From: the human T2T-CHM13v2.0 reference genome, Homo sapiens
DNA length: 64,000 bases
Direction: 5' to 3' (one strand)
NCBI RefSeq assembly: GCF_009914755.1
Contig: NC_060925.1
Position 1 is the stretch's first letter. Every line of letters starts with the position of its first letter. Below are positions 32,625 through 47,003 of the stretch, in pieces. The position numbers were made by a program, and so were the translations under genes. The notes below the pieces were generated by a model. It saw only the letters and a list, made by a program, of their open reading frames with translations, was not told where the DNA came from and did no database searches.

Positions 32625-34110
32625 TTACTCATTCAGCAGTACTGACCGAGCCTGCAGTCTCTCTCAGGCACAGGTGATACAGCTGTGACCAAGGCAATTT
32701 CTACCCTCATGAAACTTACATTCTAATATGAAAAGACAGACAAAACAGACAAAGCAACAAACACAAATAAGCAAGTATTTTTACTTTCATATGGTGGTAA
32801 GTGCAATAGAGAAAAATAAAACCTGGAGGAGGGATCAGGAGAGTTGGTGGGGCTGGGTGGGGGAACTTAAACAGGATGGTTAGAGAAGGTCTCACAGAGA
32901 AGAGGATGGTGGAGCAGAGATCTGAGGTGCAAAAGGAGCAAGCCATGGAGAACCGTAGCACACAACAGCCCAGACTAAAGAAGTGTTCCATACCAAGGCC
33001 CTGACATAGAGGCCTCTGAGCGTGTCTGAGAAAGGGGTCAGTGCAGCAAGGCAGAGTGAGTAATGGGGGGAAAAGGAGGAAAGATGGAAAGCTAGTGGGG
33101 TCAGATGATGAAGATCTTTATGGGACAGTTTTTACTCTGACTGATATGGGAGGTCATTGGAGGCCTTGGCCAAAAGGAGGACATAATCTGATGGTTTAAA
33201 AAGGTCTTTTTGGCCTGTTGTGCTGAATATAGAGTGAAAGGGGCCGGAGCTAGGGTGGAGGCAGGAAAACCAGACATAAGGCTCTTGCAATAACCCAGGT
33301 GAGAGACAACTGTGGGAAGACCAGAGTGTGGTCACTTTTTGACTGTGTTAAATCTGAGAGGCCTATTAGTCATCCAATAAGTGTGGAGTCCAGGGGATAG
33401 GTGTGTACTTCAGACAGAAATATGGGAGTCTTTAGTGTACAGAGGACTGTTAACCATGACACTGGCTGAAATGACTGTGGAATAGAGCAAAGAAGAGGAG
33501 AGTACCTGAGCCAGGAAACTTTAAAGGATCAGGAAAAGAGGAGGAGCTCACAAAGGAGTCTTAGTAAGAGTGACCAGTTAGGAAGTAGGAAAACCAGGAG
33601 ATAGGGTTTTCCTGAAGCCAAGTAAAGAATGTGTTTCTAGATGAAGGGAGTGAAAAACTATATCAGATGCTGCAGACAGCCAAATAGGATTTAGACCAAC
33701 GGATTGGTCAACACTGCCCATGGATTCTGGCAGTGTGAAAGTCACGGGTACCTTGACAAAAGCAGGCTCTATATGGAGGAGTGGGATGAAAGGCCTCTTG
33801 GAGTTGGTTTCAGAGACAAAGAGAGAAAAGGAAGTGAAGACAGAATATAGACTCCTGAGTTTTGCTGCAGAGGAGAACAGAGAAATGGTCAAGAGTTTTA
33901 AGAAACAGCAGAAGATGTCGAGACATGTTTCTGTTTTGATGGGAATAACCTGATAGAGAGGGGAAAGCTGGTAACAAAGCAGAGAAGGACAGTTCCCCAA
34001 ATGTAGTCCTGATTAGGTGAAGTGGGGAGAGATCAAGTGTTTAAGTGCAGCAGCTGACCTTAGAGAAGAGCATGGTCAACTCATCCACACTATAACAGGG
34101 AGATAGGAGG
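32625..34110 (-). mobile_element. L2 LINE (L2a-like), about 1.5 kb
   Basis: Purine-rich antisense L2: 'ctaccctcatgaaacttacattcta', 'ggttagagaaggtctcac', 'tgggaggtcattggagg', 'ttttgactgtgttaaatctgagaggcctattag', 'ccttgacaaaagcag'. Confidence 0.85.
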
Positions 34111-35504
34111 GAAGGCAGACACTACTGACTACTTAAAAAAACAAAAGTTAAAATTTGCTTTCAGTGTCTAAAAGACTCAGATCCACCTAAGCAAAATACA
34201 CACATACCCTAACTGCAGTGGCACATATTTTTTTAAAAATATACATGTGAAAACTTTAAATAGATGCATTTTATTATATGTAAGTTATACCAAAATAAAG
34301 TTTAAAAAAATGGAAAAAAACCTACTAACCATCAAAAAGTGAGCAACGTATTAGCTAATTATTGTATCTTTGCTTTTTTAAAAGTGTTGCCAATGTCTTA
34401 ATTCATTGTTTTGTTTATCTTGGTTTGTTTTTTTAATTTGCAGAAAGCATATCTTTTTTTACTTCATCTATTAATACATTTGAAACATTTGGATTATTCA
34501 TAGGCTTAACTTAGACACACTTTACCCTTCACGGGAATCATTCTCAGAGGCTTAAATATTTCAGGAGGGATTAAAACCACAAGGGAAGCATCATAAACCC
34601 TTTGAAACACAAAGGCAGCAGGTAATCAGCACATGCAGTTACTGCTTTCACTTTAAAAAATTCATAAGAGACCTTTAAGACACAGAATCACTCTGCATGT
34701 AGCTCTTCCACATAGAATTGCTTATTTACAGATTAAAAGCCTTGTATTCTACCAAGACAGATAATAATTACTCTCTTGGGGATTATGCAACTGCTCTCTT
34801 GCAATATCGTTTACATAATTAAGTGCCTGACTCATAGCTCACCAAGGAACAAAGCATAATTGCACACACCACGCTCTGAAGATTTCCCACCAAACTCAAA
34901 CTTTCCCCACCTGTAGGGAAAGCTGCAGAAGACTTCCATAAAGTGCTTTGATCACTAATTCAGAAAAGCAAGTATTATTACTAAAAGTTAAAACAATATG
35001 AAATATTGCATGCACAGAAGATTTAAAAAGAGGCCTTCCCCTTACTTCTGGAATTCATCTTAAACTTACTTGTCCCTTAACTAGTTCAGATCTACTAAAT
35101 TCCACAAATATTTACTGAATTTGAAAGTCACTTATATACTCTCACTTTTCCAGGCAATCCTCAAATTTGGTCACCCCTTTATTTATGTATTTTTCAGTTT
35201 TTGAATTCCTACAACATTACACATACTGGAAATGTTAAAAATGAACAAGACAAAGCTCTTCCTCAAGCTTCTCTGTTAAATTTATCAGGAGATTTTCCCA
35301 CTGCTCCAAAATTTGACTAAATTAGTGCTGAGTCTAGTGCGAGCCTAGTGTTATTCACTAGGCTCACACTTCACTCAATGCTCACAAGTGTGTGGCTCTG
35401 TGCACATATAGGAACAGAGCTGAGGAATAGAGGAAGTGAGGCTGCCAGCCTGCCAGCAGTCCACTCCAGGACTTTTGCTTTGCTTTTACCAAACTGATTT
35501 TTTT

Positions 35505-36745
35505 TCCAGTTTATTTATTTTATTTTTTTGAATTTCAGAACAAAAGTTGAAAGAATACAATGAACATTCCATCTACATGCAACAATTGCAACATAGTGCC
35601 ATATATGCTTTTGCACCTATACCCTTTATATATTTATAAATGTATTATGTTCAGCTATTTGAAAATGAATTACAGATAACACTTGACTCCTAAATACTCT
35701 GACTCTACCTGCAACTCCCAGGAATAAGGACATTTTTCCTACAGATCAACAATACCATTATATCTAAGAAAATTAACAATAATTTCATATTATCTAATAT
35801 CCATTCCATATTCAAATTTCCTCAATTGCCCACTTTTAGTACTAGGATCCAGTCATGTTTTACCCACTGCATTTGGCAGTTTTATCTTTTAGTCAGTATC
35901 TTTTAATCTAAAAATCCTTTTGCCTTTATTCTTCTTTAATGACATTGACTTTTTGAAGAGTCCAGGCTGGTTGTCTTACAAAATGTCCTAAATTCTGCAT
36001 TTGTTTGGTTGTTTCTTCATGGTATCATTAAACCTATTATTCTTTCACTTGTATTTCCTGTGAACTGAAAGCTAAATCTAGATTCAAATTAAACAGTTCT
36101 GATAAAAGTACTTCATACTGTGAACTTCATATTTCATCACATCAGAAGACACAAAATGTTAGGGTGTCCCATCATTACTGAGGCTAAACTCAATCATTTA
36201 GTTAAGATGGTTACTGCCACATCTCTCTACTGTAAAGGTACATGTCCCCCCTTTATAGCAGTAAGTAACCCAGGGGTGAAGATGTGGTACCATGTGGCTG
36301 TCCTATTTCCCAATAATTTTTCACAATGGGATTAGTATTCCTTGATCATCCTTGCTTTAATTATTCCATATGAGACTTTAAAATAGTGATTTTTCTAACT
36401 CTATCATTCTTTTCTTACTTACACGCTAGTATTCTTTTGTCAAAAAACAGAAAAAAAGCTTCCCCTGACCTCCCTTTTTTTCTATTTTTGTAATAATCAA
36501 TTGCCATCATTATTTTTTTAATGCTCATATTGTCCCACGTTTGGCCACTGGGAGTCCCTTCAAATTGGTTCATGTTTCCTTTCAACATAATTAATAATTA
36601 CAATAATATTTGTTTCATTGCTTTCTTATATCAAGTTGTCCCAGGTCCATCTCACATTTTCACTGCTGTAGCTCTGGAATCAGCCATTTCTCCAAATAAG
36701 TCTTATTTTCATTTATACAATAAATAGTATTTGGAAACCACCATG
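35505..36745 (-). mobile_element. Ancient L1MC (L1MC5-like) 3' region
   Basis: 'aataaggacattt', 'tccatattcaaatttcctcaattg', 'gacattgactttttgaagagtccagg', 'ctggaatcagccatttctccaa'. Confidence 0.75.
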
Positions 36746-37992
36746 CTGCTCCTAGAATACAAGAGCCAATTACATGAGAAGAACAAATACCTCCACCATT
36801 TGCTTAAGCAATCTATCACTTGCAACAGAACGGCTCATATACACAGGATTGGCCTAACTGGCCTCTAATGTTCCTCTCAGAAAATTCTATAATTTTCTTT
36901 GTGGAGTGCATAATAAGCCAATTCTTATCTCACTGTGTTCAGACAAAAAGAAAATTGAGATAACTGAAGAAAACTGATGAATGTATGATTTTATGGCTAG
37001 AGATAGGGTGTTTTGGCACAACATTACTTGAGTGTTTTTTTTTCCCAGTCTATTCATTCTTTGAGATTAGAAGTTATCTGCTAGACCTTTGAATCATCTG
37101 AAGCAGCTTCAAATATACTGCCTTCAGAGATATTTTATGAGTCAGAAGGGCAAATCCAGCTCACTGTTTCATAACCATACCTATTTTTGACAAAAAAAAA
37201 ATTGTACAACTTTGCTAAATCATCTAACTTATTTACATAAGTTAACTTAACAATTTGTTAGAATTTAGAATTTCAGGACTTAGAATTAAATAACTTTAAA
37301 TTTCTTTAAATATTCAGTGTATCCATATAAGAGTTGCCAAGTAAGGATACACAAAAGTTTAAATAGCCATGCATCCTCATTTAACAAATATTCATGAGGT
37401 GCCTCTTATGCACTAGGCATAATGAAACTCCATAAAACAAATCCCCAATTGGGTAGTGATTTATTAATATATTAAACAAATGTTAACTGAATAAAAATGC
37501 CAAGAGCTGGGTACAAGAAAAGCAAACATGATCCAGACTCTATACTCAAAGGCTTATTATAGTGAGACAGAACATACAGACAAGTGAGTCCACGGTTGCA
37601 CAATAGTTTGGCAAGTGCAATGAAGAATACATTCAGATGCTCCTTGAGAGCCCTAGGGTATCAGGGACAGCTTTCTGGAATAACTGATACATGAGGTAAG
37701 AAAGGATGAGTGGGAGTCACCTACATAAAGAGAAGGAGTGGTTGGTGTTTAGAAGGCAGAAAGGCAATTTCCAGACTTGCAGTGAGAGGATGCTCCAGTC
37801 AAACGGCAAAGAATGTGCATGAAAGCATGGACCACTTGGGGCAGTGGAAGCGGTTGAGATGGACACTTCTCTGGACAAGAGCGCTGACAGAAGGAACAGA
37901 AGAGGGGAGCTGGGATGTCCATGGCATGCCAAAGAGATCTTGGCTTTGTCCTAGAAGTGATGAGGTTAAAAGGTCTTAATTAGAAAACTGGA

Positions 37993-38300
37993 GGCCAGAT
38001 GCGGTGGCTCATGTCTGTAATCCCAACACTTCAGGAGGCCGAGGTGGGCAGATCACCTGAGGTCAGGAGCTCGAGACCAGCCTGGCCAACATGGCAAAAC
38101 CTCATCTCTGCTAAAAATACAAAGATTAGCTGGCTGTGGTGGCACACACCTATGGTCCCAGTTACTGGGGAGGCTGAGGCATGATAATCCCTTGAACCTG
38201 GGAAATGGAGGTTGCAGTGAGCTGAGATCACCCCACTGTACTCCAGCCTGGGCAACAAAGTGAGATTCTGTCTCCAAAAAAAAAAAAGAAAAGAAAAAAA
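37993..38300 (+). mobile_element. AluS (Sx-like)
   Basis: Complete dimer with A-rich tail. Confidence 0.95.
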
Positions 38301-38359
38301 GCACCAAAGGAAAGCGGAATACTCAGCTTTGCATTTATGATTATTGGTGTTGTAGTGAT

Positions 38360-38575
38360 GTTTCGGTGCTTGCTATGTGTCAAGCTCTATGCTAAATGTT
38401 TATGCCATTCAATCCTCACAACAATCCAATCAGAAAAGTTTTAATTTTTTTTTAAACACATACTGAGGCTTAGAGATTTACCAACATTTACATAACTGCT
38501 TTTGCCAAAGCAATGGAGTCAGGATTCAAATCCAGACATTCTGGCTACAGGGCCCATATCCTTAACTACTATGTT
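38360..38575 (-). mobile_element. MIR SINE
   Basis: 'tgctatgtgtcaagctctatgctaaatg...cattcaatcctcacaacaatcc...actgaggcttagaga...ggattcaaatccagacattctggct'. Confidence 0.78.
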
Positions 38576-41500
38576 ATATTAACTCCATTTTTGCAGCTTA
38601 TAGAATTAAATGTTTTTCTTCTTACTAGAGAGATGATGTGGCATAGGAAGACAAGACAAGGACAACCAGGACATTATCATATAATTTAACAAGAAATAAT
38701 GGGATTTAGACTAGGATAGTAGAAGGAGAGATGGGAAGAACTCCAGGAGATTACATGGAAAAGAAATATTTGGTAATTGATTGACTGTGTGTGGGGACGC
38801 AGTGGGAGAGAAAAGAGAAGACCTCAGAATTATAACTGTACCTCTCTCTGCCTTGGGCACTGGAAGGATAGCAGGGCATTCACTGAAAATGGTAACTTAG
38901 CAAATTGGGGGACATAGTATGTGAAAAGGAGGCCAGGGAGTCAGTTAATTCTTGTCTTCACATATAAAAACTCCCAGTAATTAGATGCTGCCTAGCCTCT
39001 CTCTCAGGTATATCCAGTGAAAAGTGATGTATTCTAACAACAAAGCCATGTGTCTTCAACAACCATGCGTAGCCTCTCTCCCTCTTCAGAAGGGCATGAA
39101 TAGCTCGCTTATTTCAAGGTGAGGAAGGAAAATGGTAGAAAAGCACTCAATATCAATGCACATAACTTCCGAAGAAGAAAGTTTAACACCATCAAGGTCT
39201 AAAACATCCTAAAATTATAAATCAGGCCAAAGCTCTCTGGATTAGAAAATGTTTCATAACCAGGTAGCTACCACAACAGACAAGGCATGAGTGGCTTTTC
39301 AAGGTGCAGCCTCCTGTTACCACTTTAATGTTAGCAATATTGACGCTTAAAAAAGGAAACATTTGAAGGTCAAACTGCTAAAGTTCACTACAAAACTCTG
39401 AATCGCTCCTTTTCCTCTACCCCTTAAAAGTGTATGGTTTCCTTTTTCTCTATGTGTAAAAGCCATCTTGACTTTTCTCAAAGATATGAATGCAAACAGG
39501 ATGGCTTCCCTTTTTATTTGAAAAAATAAACACCGACTTCTCCAAAGTTGCTAGGAATAATGGACTAGTGGTGTTAACTGAGGCAATGGAAGAGGAAAAA
39601 CCTCTACAGCTTATTGTGAGATGAGTTATTTCAGTCCCAAATGAGAAATGACATTTCATGAGAAGGTCGGTGAGTGCTAATAGACCTTCACACAATGTAG
39701 ATTTTCTAACTTATATTTGATGAGGCAAGGACCACCCAGAGCCAACCTGTGTGTTGAAGAAAGAAGCTCTCAGCATCTCAGAATAAAGAAGTTCTCAGTA
39801 GGACACTTGCTATTGAAAGATCGGCCCTGAATTTGAGGGTCTGGCATAATTCAAATTATGAGTGGCCATTATAATAAGATGATTGGCAGTTTCGAAAGGC
39901 ACAGAAGAGACGACCATGAAACCGATTTACAAACATTAAGGTACAAGAAGAATTCTCCTTCTCTTCTCATCATAACTCCTCCTCTATACCTCTCCAAAGG
40001 TCTCAGATCATCCTTTTTTTTAACTGGTAAGGAGGAAGAGGTGTAAGGAATATAATAATATCAAGCTTCTCTCTTACTGGAGTTCCCTATTTCTGTCCCT
40101 TTCACCATATCTTCTCTATATCTCTCTTTTAAAATTAGGTGAGCTAAATCTTACATCTCCTAGAAATTTAATAAAAGAATAATTTTTATTTGTATGAGGA
40201 CCTTATTTGTCCTTTTCCCCCGTGTATCAGTGGGTCCCAACAGAAGGGGCATCATCATCCTCATTCTAAGAAATCATACCTTCAAATATCCCCTGAATTA
40301 CAAAATAAGTATGCTACATGTGGTATCAGTTTAGGACTGCACAATATGAAGCTTCAAATTATTTTCATACTGATGCTAATATCACAGTAAATGATGACCC
40401 TAAAGGACATGCAGAGAGGACATAAATGGAGAAGGGTTGTTCCTTAGCTGTAATCTTGTCATCAGTTCACTAAACCAAAACCTCCCTATTCTCAGCAATT
40501 TAAAAGCCAATATTTCTGTTTTGATTATTGTCCAGGCCACAACTCATTTCTAATGGGTAATTTTTTAAGTCATTCGTTCAAAAATACAGTAATTTACCAT
40601 TTAAAGTTAACAGGTTTTTTTTCACAGTATTCAATGATAATGTACTTTCATGAGTTATATGTAATTATATTGAAATGGCTAAGCTCATAAATGCAGGGCT
40701 AAATTGTAAAAACACATGCACCCTCTTTGCTCTGCAGCACCCGGCTCACATCTGTTATGGTAATAACTGTGCTTAACTATAATATATCTGTCTGACTACC
40801 TAGTGCCCTAAGAAATAGTAAATATTTGAGAGTAAAGAATACATCTATATTGTCTTTGTATCCCAAAGCTTTTATAGCACATACATGTTTTCAAATAAAT
40901 TGATGAATGAATCCTGATGCAGTTTATCTCTAGGAAAAATTAAATGCAACGATTCCTTAGTAGTCAGGGAACTCAGTAAAATTTTACATTAAATTGTCAT
41001 CATATCTTCTTATTTCAATGTTAATGTAGCAATGTGTCTTTTTAAACTTACCTAAGAACATTTTTAGAAGTTATATTAATATTTATAAATAATATCAATA
41101 AAGATTTTAAATTATTAGGCAATTACATTCTTAAGCATGATCTTTAGTCTGTGTTTCCTGCCTCTGGTGTGTGTTCAATGGGAAGCTGCCAACTGATTTT
41201 CAGGGGCCCTTGGCCAGCAGTCACCATAACACACACACACAAGCCCTCTGCTGCTTTCAACAGCTCTTGTCCTTATAAGAGGAAGCACTGCACCCCTCTC
41301 CCTTGGCAGAAACTTAGACTTAGAAACTCAGTTTCAAAGGTTTTTCTGTCAACACCTGCATTAGTCCCTGGACATACAAAAGGAAGACAAGCAGCATCTT
41401 TACTCCTCCTTTTGTGTTTTTAGTCTTTGCACTAAAAAACTGAATACCTGGGAAGTGCAGAGGTCAAAGTTAGCCTGGATCATCTATTTTCCTAAGTTAA

Positions 41501-41639
41501 TTAACCTGCTAATGAAAGTGGTGCATGTCGCTGCCTTTGGTGAAAGAAAGTAGCACTCAACTATTTTGTTAGCCAGAAGACAGCTAGCTCAAAGCAACCC
41601 AGAGATGGGGCCCAGTTTAAAAAAAAAAAAAAAGTTAAA

Positions 41640-41880
41640 AAGAATAAGACCTAGTATTTGTACAACAGGCAGACTATAGTCAATAATAATTTAACTGTAC
41701 ATATTAAAATAACTAGAAGAGTACAATTGGGTTGTTTATATCACAAAGGATAAATGTTTGAGGGGACAGATACCTAATTTTCCATAATGTGATTATTACA
41801 CACTACATGCCTGTACCAAAATAGCTCATGTACCCCATAAATATATACACCTACTATGTACCCCCAAAATTAAAAATAAA
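41640..41880 (+). mobile_element. L1MA 3' terminal fragment
   Basis: 'gaataagacctagtatttg...actatagtcaataataatttaactgtaca...aaaggataaatgtttgagggga...catgtaccccataaatatatacacctactatgtaccc'. Confidence 0.85.
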
Positions 41881-42223
<343 letters not shown>

Positions 42224-43115
42224 TAAACAATTTTTTAAAATATAAAAATTTTTAAAAATATGGCACAATCTACATTCCAAAGAAAGCTTGCAAGGTTCTC
42301 TACTTAGGGCATGGAAAATAAGCATTTCTTTCTGCACACATGATAAAGAAGTAGTAGAATACAGTAACTAAAGTCAGGATTTTGGTATCAATGGAAATAG
42401 TGGTGGTTTAGCAATAGTAATGTCAGCAGTAAAAATAACAGTGGAATAGAAGTAGTGGTAATAATTGGAATAGCAGTGGTGGTCGTAGCAGCTGCTAACA
42501 CAAGCATGGAGGGTATCTAGGCTAGAAATGGACTGCCTGCCCTTCCAAGGCAGAGGAGCTTCAGAACGGCACACCAGCCAAGAAAACAGCTCCCTGTGAA
42601 GCAGGGAACAAGAATCGCCATGCTTGCCTTGCCCCAGAAGGAGGGGAGCTGGGGTTTTTCCTCATTAGAGTACAACATTCAAAATGAGGGAAAAGGTGAC
42701 ACATAAGTCTGTCGCTTTTATTTTTTATTTTTATTTTTTTGAGATGGCATATTTTTCCTTACCTGGATAATACTGCTATATGATATGCTAATGGCAGACT
42801 AATGCTAATGTTACATCAATTCACTAAATGAATTCTGTTATGCTGTAATTTGAACTCTCCTCACCACAACTTATTTTAAAAGTACCAACAGTTAAAAAAA
42901 AAAGAAAAGAAAAATACAGTCAAAAAACATTACATTTTAATTCCCCAGGAGTAAATTGATAAGTAATTGGAAAATCATCACTGGGAGAACATGGAATAGT
43001 CAAGCATAACAAACCTACAGAAAGATAATTATCTACAAATGTAGGAGGTACATTTACCTGCCTACCCACCTCTTCAAGCCTAAGTCTCTTCCTCCTCATT
43101 TAACCTGCCCTTGAC

Positions 43116-43156
43116 TTGTAACAGTACTTACCTGATACAGGTAAGTACTGTTACAA
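43116..43156. repeat. Perfect 19-bp inverted repeat with 3-nt spacer
   Basis: ttgtaacagtacttacctg-ata-caggtaagtactgttacaa. Confidence 0.97.
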
Positions 43157-43290
43157 TTCCCATTTACAGACAAAGCCACTGGGGCACAGACAGGTAAAAC
43201 AACTGGCCCTACCTCACATAGCCAGTAAGTGATGGTGCAAGGTTCTAACCCACACTGTTGGCTCCCAAACCATGCCTTTAACAACCATAA
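43138..43290 (-). mobile_element. MIR SINE
   Basis: 'cccatttacagac...actggggcacagacaggtaaaacaactggccc...tcacatagccagtaagtg...ggctcc...atgcctttaac'. Confidence 0.75.
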
Positions 43291-44684
43291 TATTCTGTCT
43301 CTTATATGGCAGACTGTCCCAAACTAGGGAGCTGGGAGCTACAGGTTCTTTCCTGAAGGGGATGATAATCTTGAGAAAGAGAGAAACACATGAACAGGAC
43401 ATGTCAATCCCACTAGGTTTAGTTCCAACGAAGGGAGATTCATATCTCCAAGGAAGTGGCTGAACTGAACATCCAAGGATGAACAAAAAGGTCATGAGAA
43501 ACAGTATGGTGAGAAGCAAGGGGACTAGCATATGAAAAGGCCTGGCCAAAATTTTGGAGGAAATGCAGGAATTCAACTGGAAGTCAGAATTAATTTCTCC
43601 ATAAGGACAAGATAATGCCTCACGGCCATGACCCTGCCTCCTACAAACAACTTACAATATTGACATATGTCCCAGGTATGACACTAAGAACTTGCCATGG
43701 AGTATCTCAGTTTATACACATAACCCGATGAAGAAGATGCCATTATTCCATTCTATCCATAATGAAACTGAGATGCCACAAATAACCAAAGCTATGGTAG
43801 CTAACAAGTATAGAGTCAAATCTGAAGCCCCTGCCAGCACCCTTCCCCTCCATGCTACGCAGCCTCTCGGGGAGGGGTTCTACAGCAGCCTTAGGACTGG
43901 ACTGCAGGCACCTGCCACTTATCTAGACTTGTGTTCCATTCTAAGGAATGCCTGGCAGGATGTCATTCCTCAGGAAAACATACTACAACCAACTTAAATT
44001 GTTGGAACAAACAAAGTTGAGGACTTCCTTCATTTGGTTTTACCCCCAAAGCTTCAAGAAATCTAAGTGGATAGGTTTTGTATAGTGGGTAGTTTCCAAA
44101 ATAGCTTTCCTCTTCTTATGAATCTTATTCATCTAGGTTTGTACAAACTTGTACTTTCTTCCTTCAATTCCACCCATGCTGGAAACTTCCATCAAACTGC
44201 TCCATTCCTCACCCTTTGCTCTCCCAAGCAGCACACCCCCACCCAGGAGATCATGCTTTTATATCTGCTGCTGCTCTGCAGTGGTTAGTATAAACTCAAA
44301 TTTACAAAATAAAAATGAAAAAAAAACCTGCATTTGCCATGGGAAAGAAAAACTATCAGAAAAATTAAGTTTAAAAAAAATACAACAAAAACACATCCAA
44401 AAGCATTACATTAACAAATGTTCTACCAATTGTATTTCTATTCAAAAGCAAGGAAACAAAGAAAGTCTGTAAAGTAAAACAAGAAAGTAAACATAAGTTA
44501 TTAAGTTAAACTAGAAATAGATGAAACACTTGTTAGTATGTTTTTACTAGTCAAAGAGAACTTCTCCATGGTTTGCTTCAACCCTAAGGCTCTGGGCCAA
44601 CCCAAGCCCCAGGCCGCACCCTTTACCCACCAATGCTCCGTCCAACCTGGCAGCGAGCAGTAGCCATGAGGACTGCGCTCTTAC

Positions 44685-44800
44685 CCGCATGGCAGACACA
44701 CTTCAGTCAAACTCCAGGAAGTCAGCTTTGATCTTAATGGCTTCAATCACGGATTGAATTTAGTATTTTCCTTTGACTACAGTGACCCACCAGTGCATGT
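44685..44800 (-). other. Candidate alternative first exon ending in ATG CGG (Met-Arg), phase-0 donor
   Basis: Minus strand ...gtgtgtctgccATGCGG|gtaagagcgc: good Kozak context, strong donor, locally raised GC/CpG (44580-44760), ETS core caggaagt nearby, non-repeat sequence. 5' boundary unknown. Confidence 0.35.
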
Positions 44801-45920
44801 TGTTAAAAACAGCAATATCAATAATACTCTCATAAATAAATGTAATCTGATTTTAAATCATTGTATCACAATTGTATCAAATATCACAAGAATTATTCTT
44901 TGGGATAGAAATCTGCCCAACACATAAAATCTGCAACCATTCATTCTGGCTTTTTATGAATCTTCTATGAAATGTAAATTCCACTATTTTGTCCTTCTAT
45001 CTCCGTGATAAATGTCCCCAGAATACCCATATTTGAATATCCAAATTACATCCCTCATATTGCCTTTCATATTCAGAAAGTTTTTAAAAATCTTTTACAA
45101 TGCATGCGTCTTAATTTTCAGTTCTAAACCCTTGGTTACTGTTCACAGAAAGCCAGGGTGTATAAGTGCCACTTCTGAATGGTACCACTACGATACCCCA
45201 ACCCATACACCAACACAACCCCCTGCTCAGATATTTGGCCCTCTCTGATGTTTCATGACCCACAGGTGCTTTGATCTCCTTACCCAAACTAAATACATAA
45301 TAATTTTTCTGGCACCTCTTTAATTTTTCCAGTTCATTTTCTGCTTTGTCATTTTTGTGACAATTAAGTAGGAAATATGCATCATTAAACTTGAAATAAT
45401 TATTAATTTTACAAAATAACAATTTTTCTGGCCTCCAACCAGGCTGTTTTGGTTCTATCCAAAAATTTGGGGGGGGGGTTATTTTGTAAAGTATCTTTAA
45501 GATCAGACTTAAGAATAGTGTGTTAATTCTTCTACATAAAGTAAAAAGAAAGGATTAATGGTTACTTTATAATCTTGTATTATTATTCTTACTGGCATAA
45601 TAAAATACATCAGAGAACACTGTTATTAACCCCACACTGTGATATCTTCTTTATTGAAAGAGGTAATCTGTAGTGCAACTAAAAACAAAGTGCAACATTC
45701 CCCACAAGTGACTTCAACTTCAGAAAAAGTTGGCCTATATAATTTCTATGTAGCAATAACCAACAAACCCAGTGTTTAAACTGCAGCTCAGATCAGCAAA
45801 ACACGTAGCGCTAGACTAGGCAACCTACTCTCCCCTCTTCCTTTCCCCAACTACAAAGGAGAACACCACTTTCTTTCTCAATGCCTTTCAGCAGGCTTCT
45901 TCTCTACCCTGAGACACTTT

Positions 45921-46283
<363 letters not shown>

Positions 46284-46593
46284 TAAATTACATTCTATTT
46301 TCTGTCTATATTTCTACCTAATTGATATTCTTTCTCGGCACGCACACTCCTCTGAATTTAGCATCATCTCCAAATTTTACATAAATTTAAAGATAGGCCC
46401 ATCTACATTTTACAATCGGCGGCTTAGAGAAGGTAAGTAACCTTCCTAAATTCACCTACCCAGCACCAGTGGGTGGGTCTGACTCCTGGGCCCATTCTTA
46501 ATGACTACAGTAAATTATCTCCTTATGGCCCACAATTCTTGATGGCAGAGCCAGGATTTGCATCCAGGACTTTTGTTCCAAGTTCTCCTGTGT

Positions 46594-46596
<3 letters not shown>

Positions 46597-46642
<46 letters not shown>
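46597..46642. repeat. (GT)n microsatellite, about 22 units
   Basis: Read directly; the right-arm counterpart near 48894-48908 is a short interrupted (AC)n. Confidence 0.95.
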
Positions 46643-46643
<1 letters not shown>

Positions 46644-46871
46644 ACTTGCCATGTAGCAGGCTATTTTCAGGGCATATAACAATGCCCAAAAACCTCCAAA
46701 TTCTGTTATTGTATAATACTATACAATTGGGTAGATTTTATTAAAGATGTTTGATAAAAATAGTAAACATCTGAGAGGAGAGAATGACTATCACTACCCA
46801 GAGTTGCCACGCAAGGTTTAACACAGAAATGTAATGGCATGAAGAATGAGGAATACTCCAGGTAGACAGAA

Positions 46872-47003
46872 ATGAAGAATGAATATATAATTTATTGTCC
46901 AAAACAGATGTTTTTTAAAGAAAGGGACACTAGCAATAATTGTGGTAAGACAACAGGGCTTGATCCAGGACCATCTGTGGTGAACCAGGACAATGGTCTT
47001 CCT
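46872..47003 (+). mobile_element. MER94-like hAT-Blackjack fossil (second copy, inverted, at about 48537-48668)
   Basis: 'aatttattgtccaaa...gaaagggacactagcaataatt...gacaacaggg...ccaggac...aaccaggacaatggtc' resembles the recalled MER94 consensus. Confidence 0.65.

Noticed and set aside
42716-42800. T-rich tract + gagatgg and an adjacent minus-strand donor (cttacctgg)
   Set aside because: Possibly a vestigial Alu tail and a chance donor; no TSD or convincing exon could be defined.
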